From Candidatus Woesebacteria bacterium (GTDB lineage: Bacteria; Patescibacteriota; Microgenomatia; UBA8517), in contig CP066686.1 of NCBI GenBank assembly GCA_016432365.1, positions 355-64,354 of the forward strand: a stretch of 64,000 nt of DNA, in the 5' to 3' direction. A program made the translations under genes and the position numbers. The notes beneath the pieces are model-generated. The model was not told the origin of the DNA and made no database searches. It saw nothing but the letters and a program-made list of their open reading frames with translations. Positions 45,851-56,459 of the stretch are shown piece by piece (within the stretch, counting starts at the first letter, position 1; each line of letters begins with the position of its first letter).

Positions 45851-46981
45851 ATGGACACCAGTAAAGTGTTTGATTACCACACCAAACATAAAGGCAAAAT
45901 AAAAATTGAGGTTTCCTCGAACATCCAAAACAAAGAGGACCTCTCACTTGCCTATACCCCGGGTGTGGCTGAAGTCAGTAGAGCCATTGCTGAAAACCCC
46001 GAAAATGTTTTTAATTACACAATAAAGTCTCATACAGTTGCTGTTGTCTCCGACGGGTCAGCAGTTTTGGGTCTTGGAAATATCGGGGCGGCAGCTGCAA
46101 TTCCCGTAATGGAAGGCAAGGCGGCACTCTTTAAAACATTCGCCGGACTTGATGCATTCCCAATCTGTCTTAATACCCAAGACTCAAAAGAAATTATAAA
46201 TATTGTTAAAAATATATCCCCCGTTTTTGGTGGTATTAATTTGGAAGATATATCAGCCCCCAGGTGCTTTGAAATCGAAGAGGCTTTACAAGACTTAGGA
46301 ATTCCGGTTATGCACGACGATCAACACGGAACGGCGGTCGTGGTTCTGGCGGGGCTCATCAACGCAGCCAAGGTTGTTGGAAAAAAATTGGAAAATTTAA
46401 CGGTTGTGGTCAACGGGGCCGGGGCTGCAGGCAATGCGATTTCAAGATTGCTGTCCGAGAAAGTAAAAAATATAATAGTTGTAGATAGCCGGGGAATAGT
46501 TTCTGAAAGCAGGACAGACCTTGACCCTTACAAAAAATTATTACTTAAAGTTACAAATAAAAATAACTTATCGGGAAGTTTAAAAGACGCGATGAAAAAC
46601 TCCGATGTTTTTGTTGGTGTTTCAAAAGCAAATTTACTGACCAGTGACGACATCAAATTAATGAATAAGGGCGCGATTGTCTTTGCCATGGCAAACCCTA
46701 TTCCGGAAATAATGCCGGAAGAAGCAAAAAAAGGCGGGGCCATTGTGGTTGCAACCGGCAGAAGCGACATGCCGAACCAAGTAAATAATTCTCTGGCCTT
46801 CCCGGGAATTTTCAAGGGGGCTTTGGAGATTCGCGCAAAAAAAATTACTAAAGAGATGAAAATTGCTGCAGCTGTTGCGTTAGCGGGGCTCGTCAAAAAC
46901 CCGACGACGGAGAAAATTGTTCCTGGTCCATTTGACACTGGAGTTGCCAATACTGTCTGTGAAGCAGTCAAGAACGTATAA
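45851..46981 (+). CDS. NAD(P)-dependent malic enzyme (small bacterial type)
   Basis: LSLAYTPGVA, VAVVSDGSAVLGLGNIG, the NAD-binding VVNGAGAAG and NPIPEI. Start at the Met (MDTSKV) after a leader palindrome. Confidence 0.8.
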   Translation: MDTSKVFDYHTKHKGKIKIEVSSNIQNKEDLSLAYTPGVAEVSRAIAENPENVFNYTIKSHTVAVVSDGSAVLGLGNIGAAAAIPVMEGKAALFKTFAGLDAFPICLNTQDSKEIINIVKNISPVFGGINLEDISAPRCFEIEEALQDLGIPVMHDDQHGTAVVVLAGLINAAKVVGKKLENLTVVVNGAGAAGNAISRLLSEKVKNIIVVDSRGIVSESRTDLDPYKKLLLKVTNKNNLSGSLKDAMKNSDVFVGVSKANLLTSDDIKLMNKGAIVFAMANPIPEIMPEEAKKGGAIVVATGRSDMPNQVNNSLAFPGIFKGALEIRAKKITKEMKIAAAVALAGLVKNPTTEKIVPGPFDTGVANTVCEAVKNV

Positions 46982-46985
46982 CAAC

Positions 46986-47480
46986 ATGGATGAAAACAAC
47001 GCTACAGGCGAACGATGGGGCAGAATCGTCGAAGAGGGTCCGGACAAAAGACCAATTCAAGAGTTGGCGCTAGACACTGAATTTGCATTCCCAAACAACA
47101 AAAACGGAACTGTTTATATCTTTGGTCGTTCCCCGGGTTCTGATGATCCCAAATTCAAACAATATCAAAATGAAAGTCTGGTAATACTAACTCCAAATGA
47201 TAGAAAAATGAGCAGAAAAGCTTGCGGGTTAATGCTCTGGCCGGACGGGGGTATAACAATTGTAAATCCAACAAACAGAAATCTTGGGTTCGGACTCAAC
47301 GAAAGAGATACGAGAAGAAGTGTAAAGCCGTATAAATCCTTATATCTTCCTAAAGGAACAGATTTAAGAAATCTTCGAATCGATGTCGGCAACTATGAAA
47401 TTCATGCAAAAAAAGTCAGTGGTAATAGTGACCATTTGGAATCTGTTTCATTCACAAAAAAGGTGACCAAACCTAGATAA
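46986..47480 (+). CDS. Hypothetical protein, possibly FHA-like
   Basis: The IFGRSPGSD...SRKACGL....DGGITIVN pattern loosely resembles an FHA domain. Confidence 0.35.
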   Translation: MDENNATGERWGRIVEEGPDKRPIQELALDTEFAFPNNKNGTVYIFGRSPGSDDPKFKQYQNESLVILTPNDRKMSRKACGLMLWPDGGITIVNPTNRNLGFGLNERDTRRSVKPYKSLYLPKGTDLRNLRIDVGNYEIHAKKVSGNSDHLESVSFTKKVTKPR

Positions 47481-48006
47481 ATAAACCCATCAGTAGAACC
47501 AATCCCAACATCACCACCCAATAGGTTTTAGACTGGATTAGATCAAGTTTGATCGGTGAAAGTTTGAGCCAATTATCAAGATTCCCCGTTTCGGTTAAAT
47601 CAACTATCTGGTCCACCACCAAATGCATCGCAAAAGAAAGAGCAAGTCCCTTCCCAAAAATGGAGCCCGATGATGTCACCATCCAAAAAGTAAGAACAAG
47701 AAATATAAGTTGGAAAAGGACGGTGTGGAAAATGAGTCCCCTTCTCTCACTTCTGGTTTCGTAAAGAACTTCAACTGCCCGCCATGTTTCTTTCTTACCT
47801 AATAAGAAAGCAAAACGTTGGGAAGTAAACTCCTCCGGCCTTAATAGTAAAACATAGAGTATGTGATCAATGTCCGGCAAAAACATTCCGACAACTCCAC
47901 CTAGCCAAATTGGCCAATAAAGAAAATCAAAATAATGCCGGGCTATCGTCACAAAAATAAAGAAGGAAAACCAGAAAGAAAAATGGATAAAAAGTTCACG
48001 GCGCAT
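47473..48006 (-). CDS. Hypothetical polytopic membrane protein (177 aa)
   Basis: Multiple TM helices; no motif recognised. Confidence 0.5.
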   Translation of the reverse strand: MRRELFIHFSFWFSFFIFVTIARHYFDFLYWPIWLGGVVGMFLPDIDHILYVLLLRPEEFTSQRFAFLLGKKETWRAVEVLYETRSERRGLIFHTVLFQLIFLVLTFWMVTSSGSIFGKGLALSFAMHLVVDQIVDLTETGNLDNWLKLSPIKLDLIQSKTYWVVMLGLVLLMGLFI

Positions 48007-48014
48007 ACCAATAA

Positions 48015-48344
48015 TTATTGTAGCATGGAGCGGGACAGATCTACATGATCCTCATCGATAAATTTGACCTCCTCACTTAAGAGTCTGCTCTTTTGCTCGT
48101 TTGGGCCACCAAAGGTATAGCCGGGTGCTAACCGCCCATCCTTGTTGACCACACGATGACAGGGAACATCTGATGAATTTTTGTTGGCATGCAACGCCTG
48201 CCCCACTCTTCTTGCGTCACGTGTCCCAATTGCATCTGCAATTTGACCGTATGTCATAACACGCCCGGCAGGAATTTTTCTTACAACTTGATATACCCGT
48301 TCAAAAAAGTTGTCACCTTTAGTCTGTATTTTTAACTTTTGCAT
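48015..48344 (-). CDS. ogt: Methylated-DNA-protein-cysteine methyltransferase (MGMT) DNA-binding/catalytic domain
   Basis: VMTYGQIADAIG...PCHRVVN (PCHRV active-site Cys). Confidence 0.75.
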   Translation of the reverse strand: MQKLKIQTKGDNFFERVYQVVRKIPAGRVMTYGQIADAIGTRDARRVGQALHANKNSSDVPCHRVVNKDGRLAPGYTFGGPNEQKSRLLSEEVKFIDEDHVDLSRSMLQ

Positions 48345-48348
48345 AATT

Positions 48349-48642
48349 TCATGGCCGTTGGCCGTGATTTTTAAGTTCTTTCAATTTCCACATGAAGAGC
48401 CTTCCTTTACTCCTAGCATTTGTAGCATCTTTTACAAAAGATCTTGCCGCCTCCATTAATCCCCTTGGATTATTTTTTGCAAGACGCATATACAGGGATT
48501 TATGTTCAAGGTCATTTAATTCAACAGCTAAATCGTAGGCATAAAGTTGAAATTCACGAGAGACTGTCTTGTTTTTGTCATCAAGTTTATATTTGCCCAA
48601 TATATCCCCTACTGAAGTTAAAGATTTTTTAGTTGGTGACAT
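48349..48642 (-). CDS. Hypothetical protein (97 aa)
   Basis: ORF overlapping the start of pth. Confidence 0.4.
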   Translation of the reverse strand: MSPTKKSLTSVGDILGKYKLDDKNKTVSREFQLYAYDLAVELNDLEHKSLYMRLAKNNPRGLMEAARSFVKDATNARSKGRLFMWKLKELKNHGQRP

Positions 48643-49109
48643 ACCTCTTTAATAACTTTATCTAAAATAATACGTTCTTCATTTGTAAAATTCTGAAGTA
48701 CATACTCGATGCCCAATGGTTTATTGTCCAACGGCCTATTATCAACCCCCACTTTTACATGCCAGTATTGATCCGTTCCCAATGCCTCGTCGATCGATCT
48801 AATGCCGTTGTGGTCTTTGGGACCATGACCTAATTGTATTTTGTATTCTCCAAGTTTGATATCCAGATCGTCGTGAACAATATACAAATCAGTAGTTGGT
48901 AGATTGTAGTTAGAAGATAGCTTCTTTACAAAGATTCCAGATTCGTTCATAAATTTATCTGACTTGGCTATTTTGAATTGTTTCCCACTTGCTACAAGCT
49001 TCTTGCTACCTGCTACTTTTTGAAGTTCATCAGCCACCATAAACCCCACATTGTGGCGAGTATTTATATATTCGGCTCCGGGGTTTCCTAGTCCAATGAT
49101 GAGTTTCAT
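48618..49109 (-). CDS. pth: Peptidyl-tRNA hydrolase
   Basis: MKLIIGLGNPGAEYINTRHNVGFM and HNG. Confidence 0.85.
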   Translation of the reverse strand: MKLIIGLGNPGAEYINTRHNVGFMVADELQKVAGSKKLVASGKQFKIAKSDKFMNESGIFVKKLSSNYNLPTTDLYIVHDDLDIKLGEYKIQLGHGPKDHNGIRSIDEALGTDQYWHVKVGVDNRPLDNKPLGIEYVLQNFTNEERIILDKVIKEVCHQLKNL

Positions 49110-49216
49110 ATCAGTAGATATACCAAATTTCTTAATTTGCTATTTTTTGATTTTAACACAAAACATCCCCGGTCTCCCGAGGATGTTTCTTTTAAATTCT
49201 GGATCCAGAATTTAAA

Positions 49217-49552
49217 TCACGCCTTCTTCATTAAATTTCCTGCAAGCTTTCCAATAAATGGAACTTCCCATTTATCTCCTTGCCATGCTTTGTAAGTCAT
49301 AACCAACCAAAGCACCACTCCCAATATAAAAACCAATGGAGTAAGGAATATTAAGAATATTGTAAGTACCAAAACCCAGTTAAGTATAAATAGGGCCAAG
49401 TAAACCACTATTGATTGAAATGCCCAAAACTTAACAAATTCATCTTTTTCCAAAAGAATAAAAAGTACGGGGACAACCAACGTAGGTCCCAAAAGCGTAC
49501 AAAGTGCTGCTGCTGTCTCTTTTTTAAGTCCCGTTCCTGATGTAGTCGCCAT
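49217..49552 (-). CDS. DUF4870-family small membrane protein
   Basis: LLEKDEFVKFWAFQS, which is the DUF4870 signature; three TM helices. Confidence 0.55.
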   Translation of the reverse strand: MATTSGTGLKKETAAALCTLLGPTLVVPVLFILLEKDEFVKFWAFQSIVVYLALFILNWVLVLTIFLIFLTPLVFILGVVLWLVMTYKAWQGDKWEVPFIGKLAGNLMKKA

Positions 49553-49624
49553 AAATAATCACCTTCTTTCCTACCATATTCATCTTTTCACAAAACCTGG
49601 CACGGGGTCAATATGCAAGTGATT

Positions 49625-49999
49625 TTATTCTGTGGGACCAGACAGTTCAGCCAGGGCCAATCCAAAAACGTATTTGCGGATGTGCCCCAATCTTCTCTGA
49701 AAAGCTTCAGGTCCGTCAATGCCGTAAGAAAATGCCACCTGGGCCGCAAAACGTAAGTACCTCTCCCTTGTATCGTATTCGCCTGTATATTTCTCTCTTG
49801 AGGCATTGTTTATATCTATGGTCATGTCTATAAGTACGTCCTTACCGCGCTCGGCTGAATTTAGAAGTGCTACCTGAACATCAGCGGGAATTAAACGGTT
49901 TTGGGAGGCTAAATAAATCGCCTGTATTTGGCACTCTCTTGGAGTTTCTGTATCACTTTTTACCGGCCGTTCGTACAAATAATCTCTTTCCTCATTCAT
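49625..49999 (-). CDS. Hypothetical protein (124 aa)
   Basis: ORF only. Confidence 0.45.
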   Translation of the reverse strand: MNEERDYLYERPVKSDTETPRECQIQAIYLASQNRLIPADVQVALLNSAERGKDVLIDMTIDINNASREKYTGEYDTRERYLRFAAQVAFSYGIDGPEAFQRRLGHIRKYVFGLALAELSGPTE

Positions 50000-50031
50000 T
50001 TGCGCGATAATACCAATAAATGTCAGTTAAA

Positions 50032-51417
50032 TCAAATATATTGCAGAATTGTTCTGACAGTAAAATACCCAAAAAACAAAAACGAAAAAATCATAACTAA
50101 AATTCTTGGCAGTGACGTTCGTACCTCCCTCTCCAGACTTGTTAGGTTTAGATACAAGGTAGCGCCAATGTGAATAAACATCGCCCCTGCATTAATCACC
50201 GCTTCAAGAGTTAGAAGCAAAAAAGGCTCCCTGAAACTCGTTAGAAAAATTAAAATTCCAAAAGCTATCTGCGCCCACAGAAACGAGTAATAAATCGCAG
50301 GAAGTTTCCTTGTTTCCCATTTGTGTTTGTTCAAGATCAAAAGATTTTCAGACATAATCCTGCTGGTTGCGTCCATCACAGTCATTTGGGTTGAAAACAA
50401 CATTATTCCTCCAATTATGAGAAATAGCATCCCGACTAGTGGGATAGATGACCGGGCGATTGAGGCAGCTTCGTAAATAATAAAATCAAAGCCCGATCCT
50501 GGAGTAATGCTTCCAAAAACTGTCGAATAAGAAAGGAGGGCCAATAGACTTATTGTGAACGCTCCGGTTGCCAAAAAAACCACAAAGTGTTCCTTATTAA
50601 TTAAATCCCACCATCTTTCAAATTTTCTCAGGTTATCTTTACTCATTTCAAATCTGGTTCCCTCCAGTTTGATGTTTTCCACCTCTCCGGTAAGGATACT
50701 TGTGATGCGCCCCCCAAACTTTCCCATACCATACCCCTTTTCTTTTATATAAAAAGATTGTGCCAAGTTGAGATTCCCTCCCGCTCCGGAAAAGGCAAAT
50801 GCGGCCAAAAATGAAGCAATAGGAATACCCGCGGGTAAAAAATTATACCCTTCTCCAATACCAACTACCCCCCTGAACAAACTGGCCCAATCGTTCGTCC
50901 CTGTCAAATAAGCAGTCAGAATAAAAATTGCAGGCACTCCAAGGCCAATAAGTATTATTGAAAACCTTTCCATTGTTTTGTATAAGACCGGACCCAAAGT
51001 CAGAATTAAACCCATTAAAATCAACATTCCAATTGCAATAAAATGTGTTTGAGTTATCCCAAATGCAGCCCCGATCATTTTTGCCGATACTGCTGCAATT
51101 CCTGGCCACACAAACCCAGCGAGGGTGGAAAAAATAAACCAAATTGGGGCATATTTGAACTTCCTGGTAAATCCTACAAAAATACTTTCACCGCGGACTA
51201 AAGAATACCTTTCTATTTCCATGTTGATAAAGAATTGGAGTGTGATTCCAAGTATTGCGGCCCAAATTATTCCCATTCCGAAGTTTGCAGTAAGATAAGG
51301 CCAAAGAATCAGCTCTCCACTACCCAATCCAAGTCCTAAAAGAATGAAGGATGGGCCAAGAAGTTTTTTGAAAGCAGGTGCCTCGGGCATCTCGTTAATT
51401 TCGTGTTCGGAAAGCAT
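50032..51417 (-). CDS. Polytopic transporter, Nramp-like divalent metal transporter candidate
   Basis: About 11-12 TM helices. The N-terminal GPSFILLGLGLGSGELILWP loosely resembles Nramp TM1. The family call is tentative. Confidence 0.4.
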   Translation of the reverse strand: MLSEHEINEMPEAPAFKKLLGPSFILLGLGLGSGELILWPYLTANFGMGIIWAAILGITLQFFINMEIERYSLVRGESIFVGFTRKFKYAPIWFIFSTLAGFVWPGIAAVSAKMIGAAFGITQTHFIAIGMLILMGLILTLGPVLYKTMERFSIILIGLGVPAIFILTAYLTGTNDWASLFRGVVGIGEGYNFLPAGIPIASFLAAFAFSGAGGNLNLAQSFYIKEKGYGMGKFGGRITSILTGEVENIKLEGTRFEMSKDNLRKFERWWDLINKEHFVVFLATGAFTISLLALLSYSTVFGSITPGSGFDFIIYEAASIARSSIPLVGMLFLIIGGIMLFSTQMTVMDATSRIMSENLLILNKHKWETRKLPAIYYSFLWAQIAFGILIFLTSFREPFLLLTLEAVINAGAMFIHIGATLYLNLTSLEREVRTSLPRILVMIFSFLFFGYFTVRTILQYI

Positions 51418-51437
51418 TAAACAATGCTAACAAAAAA

Positions 51438-53138
51438 CTAACCCTTCTGCATCCTGAACATCTCCCGGAGTTCTTTGAGGGTAGTTGCCTGGTCCGGACC
51501 TTTGTCATCTCTAAAATTAACAAGTCGTGGGAACCGAAGGGCTAAGCCCGAAGTGTGCTTTGGGCTTTTGGTGATCTCATCCGCCGCAAGCTCAACAACC
51601 ACTTTCGGGGTTACCCAAAAATCCGGGAAAAGATCTTTTGCTACTTCATATTCTTTTGGCTGTTCCCTTGTTTTTAAATCCTTGAGTTTTATATTAAGTT
51701 CTCTGAATTGTTCATCTGTAAGTCCCGTACCAACTTTAGTTACGGTCTTAATAACTTCTCCGTCTTTGACACCAACCAAAAATTGACCTATTCCGAAACC
51801 GGATCTTTTCCCCTTCCCTACTGAATAACCCATTACAACACAGTCAACCGTATCCGACAGTCTTCCCGATTGACCTTCAACTTCCTTCATCTTTACCCAA
51901 TTCCATCCCGTCCTGCCGGAGACATACTTGCCATTAGCCCTCTTAACAACAACACCTTCAAGGCCCATTTTTAAATATTTTTCATGATATTTTTTAATTA
52001 CTTCGGGATCGGATGTTATAGTGCTCTCATCAACTCTGAGAAGTCCTCCATTAACAACGACCTTTTCCAACTCTTTTCGCCTGACAATATATGGCACATC
52101 GATAAAACTTTTTCCGTTGACGAGAAGTATATCGAACACCTGAAATTGGAGTGGAATTTCAGAAGCATTTTTTGCGATGTCGTGTTTGCGCCTTCGTTGA
52201 ATTGTTTTTTGGAAATCGAGAAACCCTTCGCGCTCAGGATCAAGGCCAATTGCCTCTGTATCAAGAATGGCTTCGTCTGCTTTAATATATCCACCGACTG
52301 AAAGAAGTTCAGGAAAGGTATTTATATCAATCGCATTCATATTTCTTGTAAAGATCTTGATGAAATTATTTTTTCGTTTGAAATGAATAAAAATTCGAAG
52401 GCCATCGAATTTTGGTTCAACCGAAACCTCTCCCATCTTTTTTATCATTTCGGTTGTAGAATTTAAACGCGCCGCAAGCATCGGGACCACAGGAACTCCA
52501 ACTTCAGGTTTTGTTTCTTTTAACTTATCGCTTTTTACTAACCGAGCGATATAACCAATATCGGGGCGGATATTGTAAGCATCCTCAATTTCTTTCGATG
52601 AAAACTTACCTAACGAAGAGAGGGCTTCGATTATGGTTTTTTCAGAAAAACCCAACCTTAATTTTCCGACCGGAATTCTGGCCAGATATCTCGCAGATAG
52701 CGGATCCACCTTTGCAAGAAGATCGGCCATCTTTTCAATCTTTCTATCCTGAGACCCTTCTCCGTTATCCTTGGCAATTTCTAAAAGTTTTTCGTAAACT
52801 TCTGTTACTGATAATTCATTGCCCGCTCTTCGCTTTTCACTTTTCGCAAATTCTTGTGCAACTGTTCCGATATCTCCCACTTTTTTATATAAAATATTTA
52901 CTTTTTCAGCTTCTTGATGGAACGCCAAAACAAGTGAGCGCATAACCATTTTTTCTGCAAGATTAAGAAGCACGCCATCATAGTTTGGAGCCAAAATCCC
53001 AAGCGATAAATATACGGTTTTTTGGATTTCGTTGGAATTCGTTTTCTTAAATACATCCACGAGAATCTTTGTTATTTCCAGCCTGGACGAGGTCTTTTCC
53101 AACTTCTCGAGGTAGACCGCAAGTTCTTTAAATCGCAT
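51438..53138 (-). CDS. lig: ATP-dependent DNA ligase
   Basis: Motif I EPKFDGLR (KxDG); adenylation and OB-domain lengths consistent with the archaeal/eukaryotic-type ligases common in CPR. Confidence 0.75.
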   Translation of the reverse strand: MRFKELAVYLEKLEKTSSRLEITKILVDVFKKTNSNEIQKTVYLSLGILAPNYDGVLLNLAEKMVMRSLVLAFHQEAEKVNILYKKVGDIGTVAQEFAKSEKRRAGNELSVTEVYEKLLEIAKDNGEGSQDRKIEKMADLLAKVDPLSARYLARIPVGKLRLGFSEKTIIEALSSLGKFSSKEIEDAYNIRPDIGYIARLVKSDKLKETKPEVGVPVVPMLAARLNSTTEMIKKMGEVSVEPKFDGLRIFIHFKRKNNFIKIFTRNMNAIDINTFPELLSVGGYIKADEAILDTEAIGLDPEREGFLDFQKTIQRRRKHDIAKNASEIPLQFQVFDILLVNGKSFIDVPYIVRRKELEKVVVNGGLLRVDESTITSDPEVIKKYHEKYLKMGLEGVVVKRANGKYVSGRTGWNWVKMKEVEGQSGRLSDTVDCVVMGYSVGKGKRSGFGIGQFLVGVKDGEVIKTVTKVGTGLTDEQFRELNIKLKDLKTREQPKEYEVAKDLFPDFWVTPKVVVELAADEITKSPKHTSGLALRFPRLVNFRDDKGPDQATTLKELREMFRMQKG

Positions 53139-53198
53139 AGCGTATTATAGCATCAGCTTGTTGACATTTTCTTCCATTAAGAGTTAAACTCGCGACAC

Positions 53199-53495
53199 AT
53201 GACCGAAAGATTTAGATTAAAAGTGGGCGTAACTAGACAAAAAACTTGCCAGAGTTGTCCAATGTCTGAGTTACATTTTAAAAATAAAACGGACGAGGGT
53301 TCTACTATATACGATGCAGGAACGTTGGTTTGCAGAATCGCCGCTCTGGAAAGAAAACTCCAACGAGTTCCGATATATTCAGAGGTTGAAGACTCGCTGC
53401 GGGTTTTGGGTCGTTATCATTTTGAAATTCCAAACGATTGCCCCAATGAATATTTAAACTATTCGAATCTGCCTACCTCCAAAAGAAAAAAATAA
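53199..53495 (+). CDS. Hypothetical Cys-containing small protein (98 aa)
   Basis: CQSC...C...C; ORF only. Confidence 0.4.
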   Translation: MTERFRLKVGVTRQKTCQSCPMSELHFKNKTDEGSTIYDAGTLVCRIAALERKLQRVPIYSEVEDSLRVLGRYHFEIPNDCPNEYLNYSNLPTSKRKK

Positions 53496-53507
53496 ACAAC
53501 GACCAAT

Positions 53508-53720
53508 TTATATTCCTCTATGAGTTACCAAATAAGTTGAGAAGAACAGGTAGGCAAAAACAACTGCCCCCAAAAACATCAGCCCGAAAATTACCGAAAG
53601 AACTCCGCCACCCCATTCCTCATGAACAATCTTATTTAGCCCTTCACCCAAAAGAGTTAAACCGAATAAACTCGGTAATACCAAAATCATGTATAAGAAT
53701 TGAGGGTCGGATGTTGACAT
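53508..53720 (-). CDS. Small membrane protein (70 aa)
   Basis: Two TM helices. Confidence 0.4.
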   Translation of the reverse strand: MSTSDPQFLYMILVLPSLFGLTLLGEGLNKIVHEEWGGGVLSVIFGLMFLGAVVFAYLFFSTYLVTHRGI

Positions 53721-53725
53721 AAAAT

Positions 53726-54790
53726 TTATTTGCTTGCTATCACATACTTACTCGCCTTTGTGCTACCAGTTTTCTTCAAGATCCCCTTTTCCAAGAGGTC
53801 TCTTAATTCTCTCAAAATTGTATCCTCGGAAACCATAGGTAAAACTTTTTTGAGCTCTCCCATCCCACCACTGCCCTGATCGGAAACATATTCGATAAGT
53901 CTCATCTGGCGCTCGGAGAGAGCTATCTGTTCACCGAATTTTACCTTCAGACGCGAGTCTACTGAAAGTTTCCTTACTTTATCTTTAACTTTAGCCAATT
54001 CGATTGCAACAACGCCGGTAAAATATTCCAGCCATGGAGAAATGTCACGGTTTCCAAGATTTGGAGATTGTCTATCAACAACCGAGATTGCTTCGTAATA
54101 AGCAGCCGGATCCTGATCAAAATGTTCTTCCAGTGAAAAAAACTTTTTAATATTGTAATTTTCCCTAATAAGTATAAGTGTTGAAAACGCACGCACAGTT
54201 CTTCCGTTACCCTCCACAAAAGGGTGAATCGCAACCAATATATAGTGAGCTATGCCCGCACGAAGGATTGGATGTATTTCTTTTCCGGCATCATCATTTA
54301 ACCATTCAAAAAAATCTTCAACAAGATATGGAACTTCGTTAGCCGGAGGCGGAGAAAAAATAACTCTCCCAGTACCTTCTTCTTTAATTACCACTTCTGT
54401 AGTTCTAAAAACTCCAATTTTATCCGGCACAATGATTCTGTCCACGGTCGACTTATGAATATCTTTAAGCATATCGGGGTCGTACCCCCCGCGCTTCACA
54501 GCCAGTTCATCGAGCAGTTGAGTTACATTCCGATAATTCACAACCTCCTGTATATCACGTGCCCGGGCATAAACTTCTTCACCCTCAAGAATTCTTTTTG
54601 TTTGATAAAGAGTTAAATCATTCCCTTCGATGTGTGTACCGTGGTGAATCGTCCGGATCATTGCATCTGACTGAAACTGCTTTTCGAATGAAGGCACCAG
54701 TGGGGCATTCTCAATTACTTCCTTGCTTGCCTCAATGGAACCAATGTTTTTGAGGATTTTATTGGAAATCAAATATTTAGGAGAATACAT
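53726..54790 (-). CDS. Fic/DOC family protein with a C-terminal winged-helix domain
   Basis: HPFVEGNGRTVRA (the Fic motif HPFx[D/E]GNGR). Confidence 0.85.
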   Translation of the reverse strand: MYSPKYLISNKILKNIGSIEASKEVIENAPLVPSFEKQFQSDAMIRTIHHGTHIEGNDLTLYQTKRILEGEEVYARARDIQEVVNYRNVTQLLDELAVKRGGYDPDMLKDIHKSTVDRIIVPDKIGVFRTTEVVIKEEGTGRVIFSPPPANEVPYLVEDFFEWLNDDAGKEIHPILRAGIAHYILVAIHPFVEGNGRTVRAFSTLILIRENYNIKKFFSLEEHFDQDPAAYYEAISVVDRQSPNLGNRDISPWLEYFTGVVAIELAKVKDKVRKLSVDSRLKVKFGEQIALSERQMRLIEYVSDQGSGGMGELKKVLPMVSEDTILRELRDLLEKGILKKTGSTKASKYVIASK

Positions 54791-54828
54791 TAACTAAATA
54801 TACCGCAATACATGCGGGAAAAACAAGA

Positions 54829-55659
54829 TCATTTTTGTTCTTGAAGCCTGCCTAATACCTGGGGAACTTGTTGGGCCAAATCATCCGCATTAAAATTAGT
54901 TCTTACTTTTCCGTACAATTCGTCCCCTGCGGTCTTGGTTATATATGATGCGCACGAAGCCGCAAGCGATGCTTCATTTTTGGCATATAGAGCAACTGTA
55001 AGCCCCGCTAAAGTATCCCCAGTTCCCCCCTTGGCCATTCCTGCGTTACCTCCAGCAACTTCAACACACTCTCCATTTGAGCAAACTTTATCGACAACTC
55101 CCTTTAGAACTATTGTGCAATTAAATTTTTTAGAGGCCTCAACCGGGTCAATATCACCAAAAAGCATTGAATACTCCCTCTTGTTAGGTGTTAATATTGC
55201 TCCCGTGGGTATCCAGTCTTTTTCCAACACTTGCAAAGACCCTGCATCAATCACCCATTTTTTGTCTTTATATTTTTCCAAAAAACCTTGGGTAACTTTT
55301 CTGGTATGTAGCCAAGCATCGTCCTGAACATTTTGTCCCTCCCGCCTATACCTCATAAAGCCGGGGCCCATTAAAATGGCATCCGACTTTTCGATATATT
55401 TATCAACATCTTCCCAAGGAACCCATATAAACGAAAATAGTTTTGACTTAATATTGTTGGCCACCTCTCCCACTGACGTGTCAGGAGAGGAAAAATAAAC
55501 CATATCAACTATTTTTGAAGCAACTGTTAATGACAAAAGCGGTGCGCCATGGAAAAGTTCAGAACCTCCGATAATTGTAATCTGTCCGTTTTTTGATTCC
55601 CCCTCAGGTCTAAACAGCTTGCCAACTTCCGCCGGATTGAATAATGGTGCCCTTTCCAT
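54829..55659 (-). CDS. YjeF C-terminal domain protein (ADP-dependent NAD(P)H-hydrate dehydratase-like carbohydrate kinase)
   Basis: GPGF, GGNAGMAKGGTGDTLAGL. Confidence 0.6.
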   Translation of the reverse strand: MERAPLFNPAEVGKLFRPEGESKNGQITIIGGSELFHGAPLLSLTVASKIVDMVYFSSPDTSVGEVANNIKSKLFSFIWVPWEDVDKYIEKSDAILMGPGFMRYRREGQNVQDDAWLHTRKVTQGFLEKYKDKKWVIDAGSLQVLEKDWIPTGAILTPNKREYSMLFGDIDPVEASKKFNCTIVLKGVVDKVCSNGECVEVAGGNAGMAKGGTGDTLAGLTVALYAKNEASLAASCASYITKTAGDELYGKVRTNFNADDLAQQVPQVLGRLQEQK

Positions 55660-55719
55660 GATTGTATTATACAGGAAGAGGATCTGAAATTTGATATACT
55701 ACACCCACTGAATCAGAAT

Positions 55720-56163
55720 ATGACAACGGTTGAATTTGATGGAATTATGGCTCCATATGAATTTGAAGATCGCGGCCATCTCTTCATGGCAGAAGTAATC
55801 GAACTTTCGAAAAATTTTCCCAAACTTTTTGTGGAAGCAGAAAATAAAACAATCTCAGATTTAGAAGCAAATTCTTGGGCCATAGAAAAAAGCGCCACAT
55901 TGAAAAAGGGAAAACTAAACCAACGCGCCTTTTTGCGGGGATATGAAATGGACATCAAATCAGCCGATGAAACCGTCATAATTGTCACTATTCATGGCAC
56001 TCTAAAAAAACACATTAGAACTTTTATTGACGAAGCGGACAAAATAGCAAAAGCATTCAGGGGTGTAAAAATGAAAGACAACGATTCTTCCATCCCCGAT
56101 ATCCCCGAAGACGAATTCAGATATTTTACCTACGTAACTTATATTTTCAGTGAAGCTTCTTAA
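55720..56163 (+). CDS. Hypothetical protein (147 aa)
   Basis: ORF only. Confidence 0.45.
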   Translation: MTTVEFDGIMAPYEFEDRGHLFMAEVIELSKNFPKLFVEAENKTISDLEANSWAIEKSATLKKGKLNQRAFLRGYEMDIKSADETVIIVTIHGTLKKHIRTFIDEADKIAKAFRGVKMKDNDSSIPDIPEDEFRYFTYVTYIFSEAS

Positions 56164-56450
56164 TCGTCTTGGGCACCCCCTAAAGGAGGCCTGCCGTTTG
56201 CACTTGCCCTTTCCCAATCATCTGCCATCTTTTCGGGGTCGGCGTGACCAAACTGAGCAATTTGACGAGCTCTATCCAAAAGTTTTTCTCTTTCTTCTAA
56301 AGAGATTGTAACCGAAGCTCCCTTATTACTTTTAGCGCCTTTAAGTTGAGCCTTTAATAAAAGCGTTCGGTATTCATCACGGATCAAATCGCTGGCGTTG
56401 GCCAGATCCAACTCAAACGCTTTTTGTTCCGGTAACTTTTCTCTATCCAT
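56160..56450 (-). CDS. Hypothetical charged protein downstream of recF
   Basis: ORF only; occupies the position often held by DUF721/DciA-like genes. Confidence 0.4.
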   Translation of the reverse strand: MDREKLPEQKAFELDLANASDLIRDEYRTLLLKAQLKGAKSNKGASVTISLEEREKLLDRARQIAQFGHADPEKMADDWERASANGRPPLGGAQDD

Positions 56451-56459
56451 ATTGTGATT